64,000 bases of DNA from Nibricoccus sp. Lineage in GTDB: Bacteria > Verrucomicrobiota > Verrucomicrobiia > Opitutales > Opitutaceae. The translations under genes were made by a program, and so were the position numbers. This document shows positions 17,765 through 26,185 of the stretch, piece by piece. Below the pieces are notes generated by a model. It saw only the letters and a program-made list of their open reading frames with translations, did not search any database and was not told the origin of the DNA. The stretch's first letter is position 1. Every line of letters begins with the position of its first letter. The stretch is taken from contig JASGHG010000001.1 in the NCBI GenBank assembly GCA_047602425.1, forward strand, positions 928,001 through 992,000. The letters run 5' to 3'.

Positions 17765-18475
17765 TCAGCGGGTGAGTAAAAAAGCTGCGGCAATCCCGAT
17801 CCATGCGGTGATACCAAAACCAAGGGGCTTTCCCCAATCCGTCCGCCAGGCGGCCTCGAAAGTCCGCGCGTTTAGAAAATTTCGATGCGGAATTGCGCCC
17901 GTGAAGCACCAACCGATAAAAAGAGCCACGTACCCAATTCCCCAATACAGCAGGGGTCCACAGGGAATCGCCGCAAAATACAATGAAAGGGCTGCCACGA
18001 CCGCCAAGGTCCAGACTGCGATCCAGAACCACGAAATACCTCTCCAAACGGTCTCGGATGTCGCGCGATGATTTTGCGCCATCAACACCGAACCCATCAG
18101 GGGCGTAAAAAAGACCGACAGGCCAAAATACATCGCGGGTGACCAGATCGAGATGCGCGGTCGGTGATCCGGCTGCGCCCAAAATGACAGCGTGCCCGGC
18201 GTACCGGCACTACGGTTGGGCGAGTTCGGGTCTTTCCTTGGCTCCAGCAACTGGGTTTGGTTTGTCGAGCCATTGGCAAGTCGCGTCTTGGGTGTCGCCG
18301 GGACAATCACTCCGGGCAAATCCTTCACTTTTTCCCAACGGGGCATGCCCTTGACCCAGTATTGATCGTCGGGCATCACTTCACCGCTGGCGAGGCCTAG
18401 GTTCACTTCGGAAAGCGACATCGGACGCGAAGATTGGCCGGGAGTCGCAATTTGGTATTTTCCTGAATTCAACAT
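17765..18475 (-). CDS. GYF_2 (DUF4339) domain membrane protein
   Basis: GEVMPDDQYWVKGMPRWEKVKDLP; about four C-terminal TM segments. Confidence 0.75.
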   Translation of the reverse strand: MLNSGKYQIATPGQSSRPMSLSEVNLGLASGEVMPDDQYWVKGMPRWEKVKDLPGVIVPATPKTRLANGSTNQTQLLEPRKDPNSPNRSAGTPGTLSFWAQPDHRPRISIWSPAMYFGLSVFFTPLMGSVLMAQNHRATSETVWRGISWFWIAVWTLAVVAALSLYFAAIPCGPLLYWGIGYVALFIGWCFTGAIPHRNFLNARTFEAAWRTDWGKPLGFGITAWIGIAAAFLLTR

Positions 18476-18490
18476 GAGGGAAGTGGTTTT

Positions 18491-19639
18491 TTAATCGCCG
18501 GCAAAAACGGGGAACGATCGCGCCTTCGATGCGCCAAAAAGCCGCCAAAACAAGCCCTTGCCGCTGGCGCGGGCGCCGTCGAGCCGAACCAACGCTTCAG
18601 ACAAATTTTTCAAGGACAGTTGTCCGTTGAAAAGCGAAGTTTGCGGGATCTGATGATTGGCAAGTTCAGTCAATTTCTGTGTGAGCAAAGGTTCGAGGCG
18701 CGGAATCGGTTTTCTCGATTGGTCCGTCACGAGTGGAATGTGACGGCAGCCGGCGCGCATCCTGAACATATCGCCACCGCCAGGCTGTCCGACCATGAAG
18801 TCCGCCCACGAGCCACCCGTCGGCATGATGGCCAACAGCGGCACCCCCGGATCTAATTCGCTCAACAGAAGCGCAGACCAGGCATTGATCGTCGCCGCCA
18901 CCGAATTATTGATCGCAGGCAAACGCATGCCCTGGGCACGTGGGGCCTGGGAAAGCGACTTGTAGTTCAAAATGCCGGGCGCGAAGGGACTGAAACGTTC
19001 CACGATGTCGTGGTAAACCGGATACAACAGCAGGCCGTCTTCACGGATCCGTTGCGACATGACGTCAAGGCCCGTCGTGCCAAGAAATCCAGCCGCATCG
19101 CGGACGGAAGAATCGGGATGCGCGTTGCGGAGGTTGTCCAGCGTCTCAGTGACCGTCGAAATGACGCGCCCCGAGGTCGTCGCCGCTTTCAGGGCGGAAA
19201 ACAAGTACTCGAACATGGGCATCACCGAACTCCAAACCCAGCTCAGGGGTAAATCGACCATGTGCGCGCAGAGAACCATCGGATAGAGGCTGCGCCCCTT
19301 GCCGTCTTTCGACGACGAAATGTAACCGAGCAGGCATTCCCGCGGCCGCAACCAGAGGAACCAGTGATCAAATTCCGGAAGGCGGTCCGCCGCCGGAAGC
19401 TTTTCCCACGTCTGCGCCTCGATTTCCGCACGAATCCCCTGCTGGTAGAGAATTTGTTTAGCGATTACAAGTGATTCGGTTTCCAGTCCAAAATCGAAAT
19501 GATCGTTCCATCCGGGGTGCTTGCCAAAGGCCCCCAGATAGATGCGCGGTCCGGCCGGGCGGTCCGACCAGTCTTCATTCAGGAAATCAGCGAGAAATTT
19601 CATTTTATCACGCGTGGTCGCTTCCGTGGTTAGGGCCAT
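18491..19639 (-). CDS. tagF: TagF-like T6SS regulator
   Basis: AFGKHPGWNDH and SSKDGKGRSLYPMV match TagF GK and SxDxxGRxYP motifs; directly after tssM. Confidence 0.72.
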   Translation of the reverse strand: MALTTEATTRDKMKFLADFLNEDWSDRPAGPRIYLGAFGKHPGWNDHFDFGLETESLVIAKQILYQQGIRAEIEAQTWEKLPAADRLPEFDHWFLWLRPRECLLGYISSSKDGKGRSLYPMVLCAHMVDLPLSWVWSSVMPMFEYLFSALKAATTSGRVISTVTETLDNLRNAHPDSSVRDAAGFLGTTGLDVMSQRIREDGLLLYPVYHDIVERFSPFAPGILNYKSLSQAPRAQGMRLPAINNSVAATINAWSALLLSELDPGVPLLAIMPTGGSWADFMVGQPGGGDMFRMRAGCRHIPLVTDQSRKPIPRLEPLLTQKLTELANHQIPQTSLFNGQLSLKNLSEALVRLDGARASGKGLFWRLFGASKARSFPVFAGD

Positions 19640-22600
19640 TGATCAACCGGGGGAATCGGCTGTTCGAATTGAAGGGTCAAAACGAAGTAGCTGCGTGTTT
19701 CGCCCGTTGCTACCTCGATGGGGCAAAGCCAGGTCTTGCCTCCGTCCGTTGCCAGGCAGTTTTTCTCCTGGGCGATCAGGCGCAAAGGACCCCAGGATCC
19801 TGTGACCGCCGCACGCGCATCCGCCTTGGGTTTTGTTTCAGCACCGACGAAGAACTCGCATTCCGGCAAGGCTTCCGAACCCAGGATCGCAGTGATGTCC
19901 GAGGCCGTGGCGACTTGGGTTCGCACCGCTTTGCTACCCAGCCTCAGGGTGCGGAAGCGATTACCCGCAAATGCGTCCGCAAAGGACAAACTCGGGGCAA
20001 TTTTCTCCAACAACCGTCTCTGATCGGTAAGGCTGGCGACGCCGATCTTCACCGTGCAACCCAGTCCGCTTGGTTTTGCAACATTGCGAACGAAATCCGT
20101 AACCTGGCTGATGCGCGCGGCAAGCCGTGTGTAGGCGGTTTTCGCCGATTCGGGAACGCTTTCAACCTTGCCGTCGGCAACGGCGTTCTGGAGGTCCGCA
20201 TACAACTCACGCATTTGAGCTTCCTTCATTCCGCCAGCTCCGCGAATGACCGGAAAACCAGCTTTGTTAACCAGCAACTGCTCAAGTTCGCGGGAGTATT
20301 TTTCCACAAGATTAACCGGACCCGAAATGCTTGAGCGCTTCTGAAGCAATCCGGCGGCGCGCATGAACTCGGAGCGCAGTTCGCCCTCGTATTTCATGGT
20401 CCGGGCGTTGATGGCGCTCAAGGCGGCCTGCTGTTCAGAAAAGGCGGCGCCAAGGCGGCCGAGCAGATTCGCCGTGCTCTCGGTGCGCACGTACATCTGC
20501 GCCAGCCAATCCCGATACACTCCAAACCGGTAAGAATAAACGCGGTCCGAGGTACCGGCGGCCGGCACCGTGGCCTCCATGTCCAGCTTGGGGATGCTGC
20601 TCATTTCGCCAGGGGTGAGCGATTGTTGGTAGGCCTCGTCAATGGTTCGGTCGACCTCGGCAAGACGGCGTCGAATCTCGATGAAGAGTGGTAGATCGGG
20701 CGGCCGGGGGGATTTCTTTTCCAAACCGGCGGGATCGACGCAAGCCGCGGCAATCGAACGGGCGGCGGCGCGGCTGCGTTCACGCGCGTGTTCGAACATC
20801 GCTTGGTACGCGCTCTTCAGCGTGAAAAGACTGGAGGGCATACCGTCGAGCGCGGCGGTGCGATTCAACATTTCCTCAACTGTGCTGCGGCTGGCCGCCA
20901 TCGCGTCATAAGCGGTATCCACTTCCAACTGCCAGCGTTCGTTATCCACAGCGCTGTGCACGGCGCGAAGGAAGTCGCGCTCACGGGACAAGTGATGCTC
21001 AACGGCCAGACGCGTGTTACGGATCAAATCCACGCCCATTTGCTGGTCGGCGCGCACATTGCGCACGGCATTCGTGAACGTGCTCCAGCCTTGTTCCAGC
21101 GGACGGTTTTCCTCGAAGGACCGCCCGGCCGACAGCCATTGCAAAGGCCAGGGATTTCTTCCGGATTGCAATGTCGCGTCGAAAACGCGCGCGAGTTCAT
21201 GCGGTACAGGTTTGAGCCCAAGCCAGGGTTGCAGCGCAGCGTGGAAGAAATGTCCCGGATCGGTCCGTTGCTCAACGCCCACCAATTTCCCAGTGCTGTT
21301 GCGTTGGTTGATCATGCCTTCGAGCTTGAGAAGAAAGGCCATGCGGCTGGCGTTGATGTCGTCCCAGCCCACGTTTACATCGAGCAGAGTTTCACGCATG
21401 GAGGTAATGAGTGGTTCCACCACGCTGCGTTCATACACCACGCGTTGTGCCTGCCGTCGCATGGTATCCAAACCCACGACCATGTTTTCCATCGGCTTGA
21501 AAACCCACGGCACAGACATGTCTTTGCTCGCGAGTTTTTCGAGTTCGTCGTGGAAATTGACGACCGTGCACGACTTTCCGCCCACCTTGACGAGGTCGTC
21601 ACCCGTGTAGCGCCATTCTCCCGGAGTCTTTGAGGGTTCGACGATCGGGTGCCAGCGGGCGCCGGTCCATCCGCTGGCCGCCGTCTGCCAGTAGTCGAGT
21701 TCGGAACCGACGCTGTTTTTCAAGGCCGATGTGCCAATCCAAGAAACGAGCATGAGCAGCGCCAACCCTGCCGCAGCAATAGTGCCGAGAATCGTGTAAC
21801 GACGACGCATGATAGCGCGTGTATCCGACGCGTCGGTGACGAGGCCTTTTTCGCAAAAGATCTTTTGCATGAAAACGTCACGCAGGAAAAACGAGCGGTT
21901 TCTGTCCCAAGCTTTTTGTTCGGGAAGATGATCGACCGGAATGCCAAGCGCGCTGGCCAGTTCGACATCGAGCGCCTTGCCCTCGATAAGAGCGGAGGTA
22001 AAATAGATTCCGCGCAGGAAAAGCGGCTTTTGTGTCCATTCACCGGATACAAAAACAACATCAAGATACTGTTTCAGCCGGGGCGCGATCGCTCCCACGC
22101 TGGCGGGAAAATCGAAGAACGAATCCACCTCGTCGATACGACGGCCTCCGGTGGTGGCCGGTACCGGGTCCCGCATCAGGAGCAAGCGGCGCTTGCGCAA
22201 ACGGGCGGTCACGGAATCGATGAACGAGGTCACCAGATCGGGCCGGAAGGGAACATCCAGTGGCTCGGGATTCGACCAACCCAGCATCTGCTGCTGCATC
22301 TGCTGATCGTTGATGTTGGCGAAAAATTCGCGGAAGCCGTAAATCAAATCGCATTTCGTGATCAGCACGAAAACAGGAAAACGAACATCCAGGACCTTCT
22401 GAATTTGTTCCAGCTGGCGGACGATGCGACCCGCCTTGCGTTGAATCTCGTCCGAGCTGTCCTTCAACAAACTTTCGGCCGGGATGACCAGGAGCAGTCC
22501 GTTGATCGGGCAATTTTTGCGATGCGTTTTCAGCAGCTTGAGGAATTCCGTCCATTCCGAAGTTCCTCCAGGCTGCGCCTCGTGGAAAAGCATTTTGCCC

Positions 22601-23109
22601 GCGGTATCCAGGAGAACGGCATGATTGGTAAACCACCAATGCATGTTGATTGTACCGCCCACGCCTTGCATCTCGTCTTGCAATCCCGGGGGAAAACCGA
22701 CGCTGCTATGGCGAATGGTTTCGGTTTTTCCCGAACCTGGTTCTCCGCAAACCAAATACCAAGGCAAGCTGTAGAGGTCTTTGCCCGCATCGTTGAAAGC
22801 TTTCAGTCCTTTTTCGAAAACTTCGCGCAAATCCGCCAGTCGCGCCCGCTGCGAGGGATCCGAGATCGAGCCCGTCAAACTGTTGGCTCGGTCGAGTCCT
22901 GTGCTGAAGGCCTGGCTGGCTTGTTTGGTTTTCCAACGTCGATAGAGGAAAAAGCCACCTGCCAGAAGGCCAACAAAGACAAGCGCGCCCAAGACGAACC
23001 AAACCGCCCTGAAATCGATCAGTGCGACGATGCCGAGCACGATGAGCACCGCGACCACGATGATCAGAATTCTAAGACCCAAGGGGAGACGTAACCATTT
23101 TTGCCACAT
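19630..23109 (-). CDS. tssM: T6SS membrane complex protein TssM/IcmF
   Basis: Two N-terminal TMs, LPWYLVCGEPGSGKT, WWFTNHAVLLDTAG, ITKCDL..GF.EFF, LRGIYFTSA, third TM. Confidence 0.92.
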   Translation of the reverse strand: MWQKWLRLPLGLRILIIVVAVLIVLGIVALIDFRAVWFVLGALVFVGLLAGGFFLYRRWKTKQASQAFSTGLDRANSLTGSISDPSQRARLADLREVFEKGLKAFNDAGKDLYSLPWYLVCGEPGSGKTETIRHSSVGFPPGLQDEMQGVGGTINMHWWFTNHAVLLDTAGKMLFHEAQPGGTSEWTEFLKLLKTHRKNCPINGLLLVIPAESLLKDSSDEIQRKAGRIVRQLEQIQKVLDVRFPVFVLITKCDLIYGFREFFANINDQQMQQQMLGWSNPEPLDVPFRPDLVTSFIDSVTARLRKRRLLLMRDPVPATTGGRRIDEVDSFFDFPASVGAIAPRLKQYLDVVFVSGEWTQKPLFLRGIYFTSALIEGKALDVELASALGIPVDHLPEQKAWDRNRSFFLRDVFMQKIFCEKGLVTDASDTRAIMRRRYTILGTIAAAGLALLMLVSWIGTSALKNSVGSELDYWQTAASGWTGARWHPIVEPSKTPGEWRYTGDDLVKVGGKSCTVVNFHDELEKLASKDMSVPWVFKPMENMVVGLDTMRRQAQRVVYERSVVEPLITSMRETLLDVNVGWDDINASRMAFLLKLEGMINQRNSTGKLVGVEQRTDPGHFFHAALQPWLGLKPVPHELARVFDATLQSGRNPWPLQWLSAGRSFEENRPLEQGWSTFTNAVRNVRADQQMGVDLIRNTRLAVEHHLSRERDFLRAVHSAVDNERWQLEVDTAYDAMAASRSTVEEMLNRTAALDGMPSSLFTLKSAYQAMFEHARERSRAAARSIAAACVDPAGLEKKSPRPPDLPLFIEIRRRLAEVDRTIDEAYQQSLTPGEMSSIPKLDMEATVPAAGTSDRVYSYRFGVYRDWLAQMYVRTESTANLLGRLGAAFSEQQAALSAINARTMKYEGELRSEFMRAAGLLQKRSSISGPVNLVEKYSRELEQLLVNKAGFPVIRGAGGMKEAQMRELYADLQNAVADGKVESVPESAKTAYTRLAARISQVTDFVRNVAKPSGLGCTVKIGVASLTDQRRLLEKIAPSLSFADAFAGNRFRTLRLGSKAVRTQVATASDITAILGSEALPECEFFVGAETKPKADARAAVTGSWGPLRLIAQEKNCLATDGGKTWLCPIEVATGETRSYFVLTLQFEQPIPPVDQWP

Positions 23110-23123
23110 GGAAAATCCTTTGT

Positions 23124-23828
23124 TCAGCGTTGCGCGCCCTTACGGCTTTGATCGTGTTCCACGATCGTGTTTAGCGCATCGTGAATATCGGTCGATGAAC
23201 GCTTGAAGAGATAGAAGTTCAATCCGCCGACCAGCACGACCAGCCCCACAATGATGAGCACCAAAGGTGTCACACTTTCGCTTACCGGTAGAGGCAAGTT
23301 CGTCGTGTCCGTATGCCGGTAGGCGTCGGGAGTAACGAGGGTTTGTTCATCCGGTTCGATGTAGTTCGTGATGCGCTGGGCCACCTGACGCATTTTCTTC
23401 CTCAAATACTCCGGCTGCAGCTGGTACCAGCCGGTAAAACCGAGACCGATGCATGTATAAAACACGGCGAGGCGCTCTTCCGCGTCCGCACCTTGTTGCG
23501 CAAGATTTTCATCGATGATGTCGAAGAATTTTTCGTCGCCCGCGAGTTCGTTGCGCTCGTAGGCGAGACGTTTTTGGTTCCATTGCGCGGCAAACGGCAG
23601 GGAACTCTCGGCGATCAGGGAATCGACGAAAAAGATAAGGGCTAGTTCGACCTTTTTATATTGCTCGGCCAGGCCCGGACTTTCGCGTGAGGCGGCGGCG
23701 GCTTTGGCAAGCAACTCCCGGACTTCCGTCCGCACGATATCGTGGTCGGTGGGCTGCCCCGAGCGTGCCAGCCGGTTGAGGCGGCATACATAGTTGAACA
23801 GAGGTTCACAAAGTTCGATCAGTGTCAT
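23124..23828 (-). CDS. tssL: T6SS TssL/DotU protein (no OmpA extension)
   Basis: ALIFFVD, AGDEKFF, VFYTCIGLGFTGWY, C-terminal TM. Confidence 0.9.
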   Translation of the reverse strand: MTLIELCEPLFNYVCRLNRLARSGQPTDHDIVRTEVRELLAKAAAASRESPGLAEQYKKVELALIFFVDSLIAESSLPFAAQWNQKRLAYERNELAGDEKFFDIIDENLAQQGADAEERLAVFYTCIGLGFTGWYQLQPEYLRKKMRQVAQRITNYIEPDEQTLVTPDAYRHTDTTNLPLPVSESVTPLVLIIVGLVVLVGGLNFYLFKRSSTDIHDALNTIVEHDQSRKGAQR

Positions 23829-23843
23829 GGCGATAAGCGCTGG

Positions 23844-25205
23844 TTATCCGGCTATGGTCATGTAGAGGGTTACCTGGAGGTCCGAGGCCGCCATGTTGGG
23901 CCACCGGACGATGACCGATTTCTCGGCCTGAATTTGCTGCCAGATGCGTGCACTGTCCGACCGGATGCACCGGAAATAGGTCAATCCCGCCTGGGCCGGC
24001 AATTGCAGCGGCGCCACCCTCTCCTCCTTCAACAGCATGCCACGCACCGCGCGATTCGCCAGGCTGCGAGGCATGAATTTGAATTGATCCGGATCCTCAA
24101 CGAGCCGGATAACCTCGCGCGGGTCCTGTTTCGATTTGATCGCAAGGTAGTATTCGATCGGGCGCGTGAGGTGCTCTTCGCTGAGCACCGTGGCGAGATG
24201 GGTTTCTTCGGTGGTAAACTCGAGCCGGAGGAAGCTCGCACCGCCCGCGTTCTTCAACAAAGCCCGCGTGCGAACATCGATATCGTTGAACGAGCGCGCG
24301 AGTTCGTCGTGGTCGTAGTAAGCCGCCTCGTAATCGGCGCGCTCAGGATGCAGCGCGGTCAGCTCCGCATAGAGACTGCGCAGTTCGAGGTGCCAGGAAA
24401 ATGGCGAAACTCTCCCCATCTCCAAAAGCGCGTTAAGCCGGGCGATCCCGCGGCGCAGCGTGCGCAGGCGCAGCAGTTGTTCGAATTGTATTCCTCGCAT
24501 CGTGTCCACGGCGAAACCGCCACGAGTCAGCACAACGGCAAGTTCCTTGCTGCTGACTTCGATCTGGTTGACGAGATCCCGGACCTTCTTGTGAAGCAGC
24601 GGCGAGCTTTCGAGAAACAGGCAGGGCGGCACGAATTCAACGTCGATGCGCGGTGTGCCGAGATTTTCGCCCGCCACGCGCAAAATCCGGATAAGCGGAA
24701 TCGCCTCGATGTCCGAACGGTCCTCGCGCTCGGTGATCAGTCGCGCATTCAAGCGCCGCATGTAAACCGGTTTTGGGTTTTCGCCCGTGTTTTCGTCGAA
24801 CAGCGTCATTTCACGCGGCACATACGTCAACTTCACGCGAGGATCGACGTGCGCGCCGATTTCAAAGGCATTCGCGCGCTTTGACTGCCACAACGGAACG
24901 GCCAGCGAAATCAGAAACGAATTTTCGCCCGTCGCAAAAAGCGGTTTCAGATCGAGGTCCGGCAGATCGGCGTTTTCAAAAGCCGATACAACCAAACCAG
25001 ACGGCATCACCACTTTCAACTTTTCGAAACGCAACCGATAATTCGCGAGTTCGTCCTGGGAAACTTCGGTTTCCCAAATACCGTATGCTTTTGGCAGGCT
25101 CAAGCGTCGAACCTCGGCAATCTCATCCGACATGCCGTGCTGCAAGTGTTGCAGATGATGCGGAAGCAGGAAGAGACCTTCGTGCCAGTGAAGTTGTGGA
25201 CTCAT
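23844..25205 (-). CDS. tssK: T6SS baseplate TssK
   Basis: LHWHEGLFLLPHHLQ, MPSG, FVPPCL, YDHDEL..SF. Confidence 0.93.
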   Translation of the reverse strand: MSPQLHWHEGLFLLPHHLQHLQHGMSDEIAEVRRLSLPKAYGIWETEVSQDELANYRLRFEKLKVVMPSGLVVSAFENADLPDLDLKPLFATGENSFLISLAVPLWQSKRANAFEIGAHVDPRVKLTYVPREMTLFDENTGENPKPVYMRRLNARLITEREDRSDIEAIPLIRILRVAGENLGTPRIDVEFVPPCLFLESSPLLHKKVRDLVNQIEVSSKELAVVLTRGGFAVDTMRGIQFEQLLRLRTLRRGIARLNALLEMGRVSPFSWHLELRSLYAELTALHPERADYEAAYYDHDELARSFNDIDVRTRALLKNAGGASFLRLEFTTEETHLATVLSEEHLTRPIEYYLAIKSKQDPREVIRLVEDPDQFKFMPRSLANRAVRGMLLKEERVAPLQLPAQAGLTYFRCIRSDSARIWQQIQAEKSVIVRWPNMAASDLQVTLYMTIAG

Positions 25206-25249
25206 GTTTGGATGCGTTTAATTGTTTGTTTAAATTGGTTTTGTGATGC

Positions 25250-26185
25250 TCAACGGTTTTCGCCCCGGGCGAGCTCCTCGGTAAGCCGCACCAGATGCTC
25301 GCGGATGTCGGCTTCAATCGTCGCTTCAGTGAGTTGGGCGGTTCGCTCGGTATAACGCTGCCAGGCACGTGCCTCTGGATTACCGAACAACCCGGGCTTG
25401 CCCTCGGCGCGAACCACTTCGCGAATCGCGTCCGGCGAATAATGCGCTTGGTAGGTGTGCGCAAAACCGCGTCCCACCGCATCGAGCGAAGCCAGCAACG
25501 CAGAGAGCAACTGCCGTGTTTTTTCGATCTGTTGGTAAACTTGCGTGGACGACGATTCCATTTCCCCAACAAGCGACCGGCGCATCAAGATCCGCAGTTC
25601 TGGCACCATGTGATCGCGGCGCAGTCCGGATTTCGGCGCAATCGAGCGCCATACATTCCAAGTCAATTGATCCAAAATGCTCGCCATTTCCGCCAATAAA
25701 GCAAAGAGACGGCCCAGTCGTTGCGGATCGATTTTGTCCGAGGAATTCAGCTTCAGCCGACTCTGGATTTCCACCAACGCCTCCCCGTCGATCACGCGGC
25801 CGGTTTCTTTCACCAGGCCCGCTTTCGCCAGGCGGTCGGCAATGGTGGCACGACGCTCCGGCGTGAGCTGGGGAGCGACTGCACAAAGCGCCGTCACGAG
25901 TTCGTCGGGCGTCTGCGGTGTCGGGGCCGCACCCGCCGCGTCGAAACTCACGGTCGCCATTTGCCAGGTGGGAAACCGTTCGGCAAGTGCGTCGAGATAT
26001 CCGCGGCGCTTGTTGCCCGGTATGGGTTGCAGTGCACGAGAAATTTCCTCCCCCAACCGCGCTTCACGGGCTTCCACCGTTTCTTCCGCCAGTGATGCCT
26101 GAAGATACGACAAACGCTTCGCGAGCGCCTCGGCCCAAAGGCCGGCTTGCGTGTCGGATGAGATCGTAGAGGTGACGGCGCTCAT
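25250..26185 (-). CDS. TagH/Fha C-terminal-like protein lacking an FHA domain
   Basis: QLLSALLASL..YSPDAI..ARAWQRY resembles the Fha1/TagH C-terminus; ATGA overlap with clpV; sits upstream of tssK. Confidence 0.5.
   Translation of the reverse strand: MSAVTSTISSDTQAGLWAEALAKRLSYLQASLAEETVEAREARLGEEISRALQPIPGNKRRGYLDALAERFPTWQMATVSFDAAGAAPTPQTPDELVTALCAVAPQLTPERRATIADRLAKAGLVKETGRVIDGEALVEIQSRLKLNSSDKIDPQRLGRLFALLAEMASILDQLTWNVWRSIAPKSGLRRDHMVPELRILMRRSLVGEMESSSTQVYQQIEKTRQLLSALLASLDAVGRGFAHTYQAHYSPDAIREVVRAEGKPGLFGNPEARAWQRYTERTAQLTEATIEADIREHLVRLTEELARGENR

Noticed and set aside
21649..23094. Long antisense ORFs (e.g. 481 aa opposite tssM, 380 aa opposite tssK, 372 aa opposite rapA)
   Set aside because: Shadow frames expected in GC-rich coding DNA
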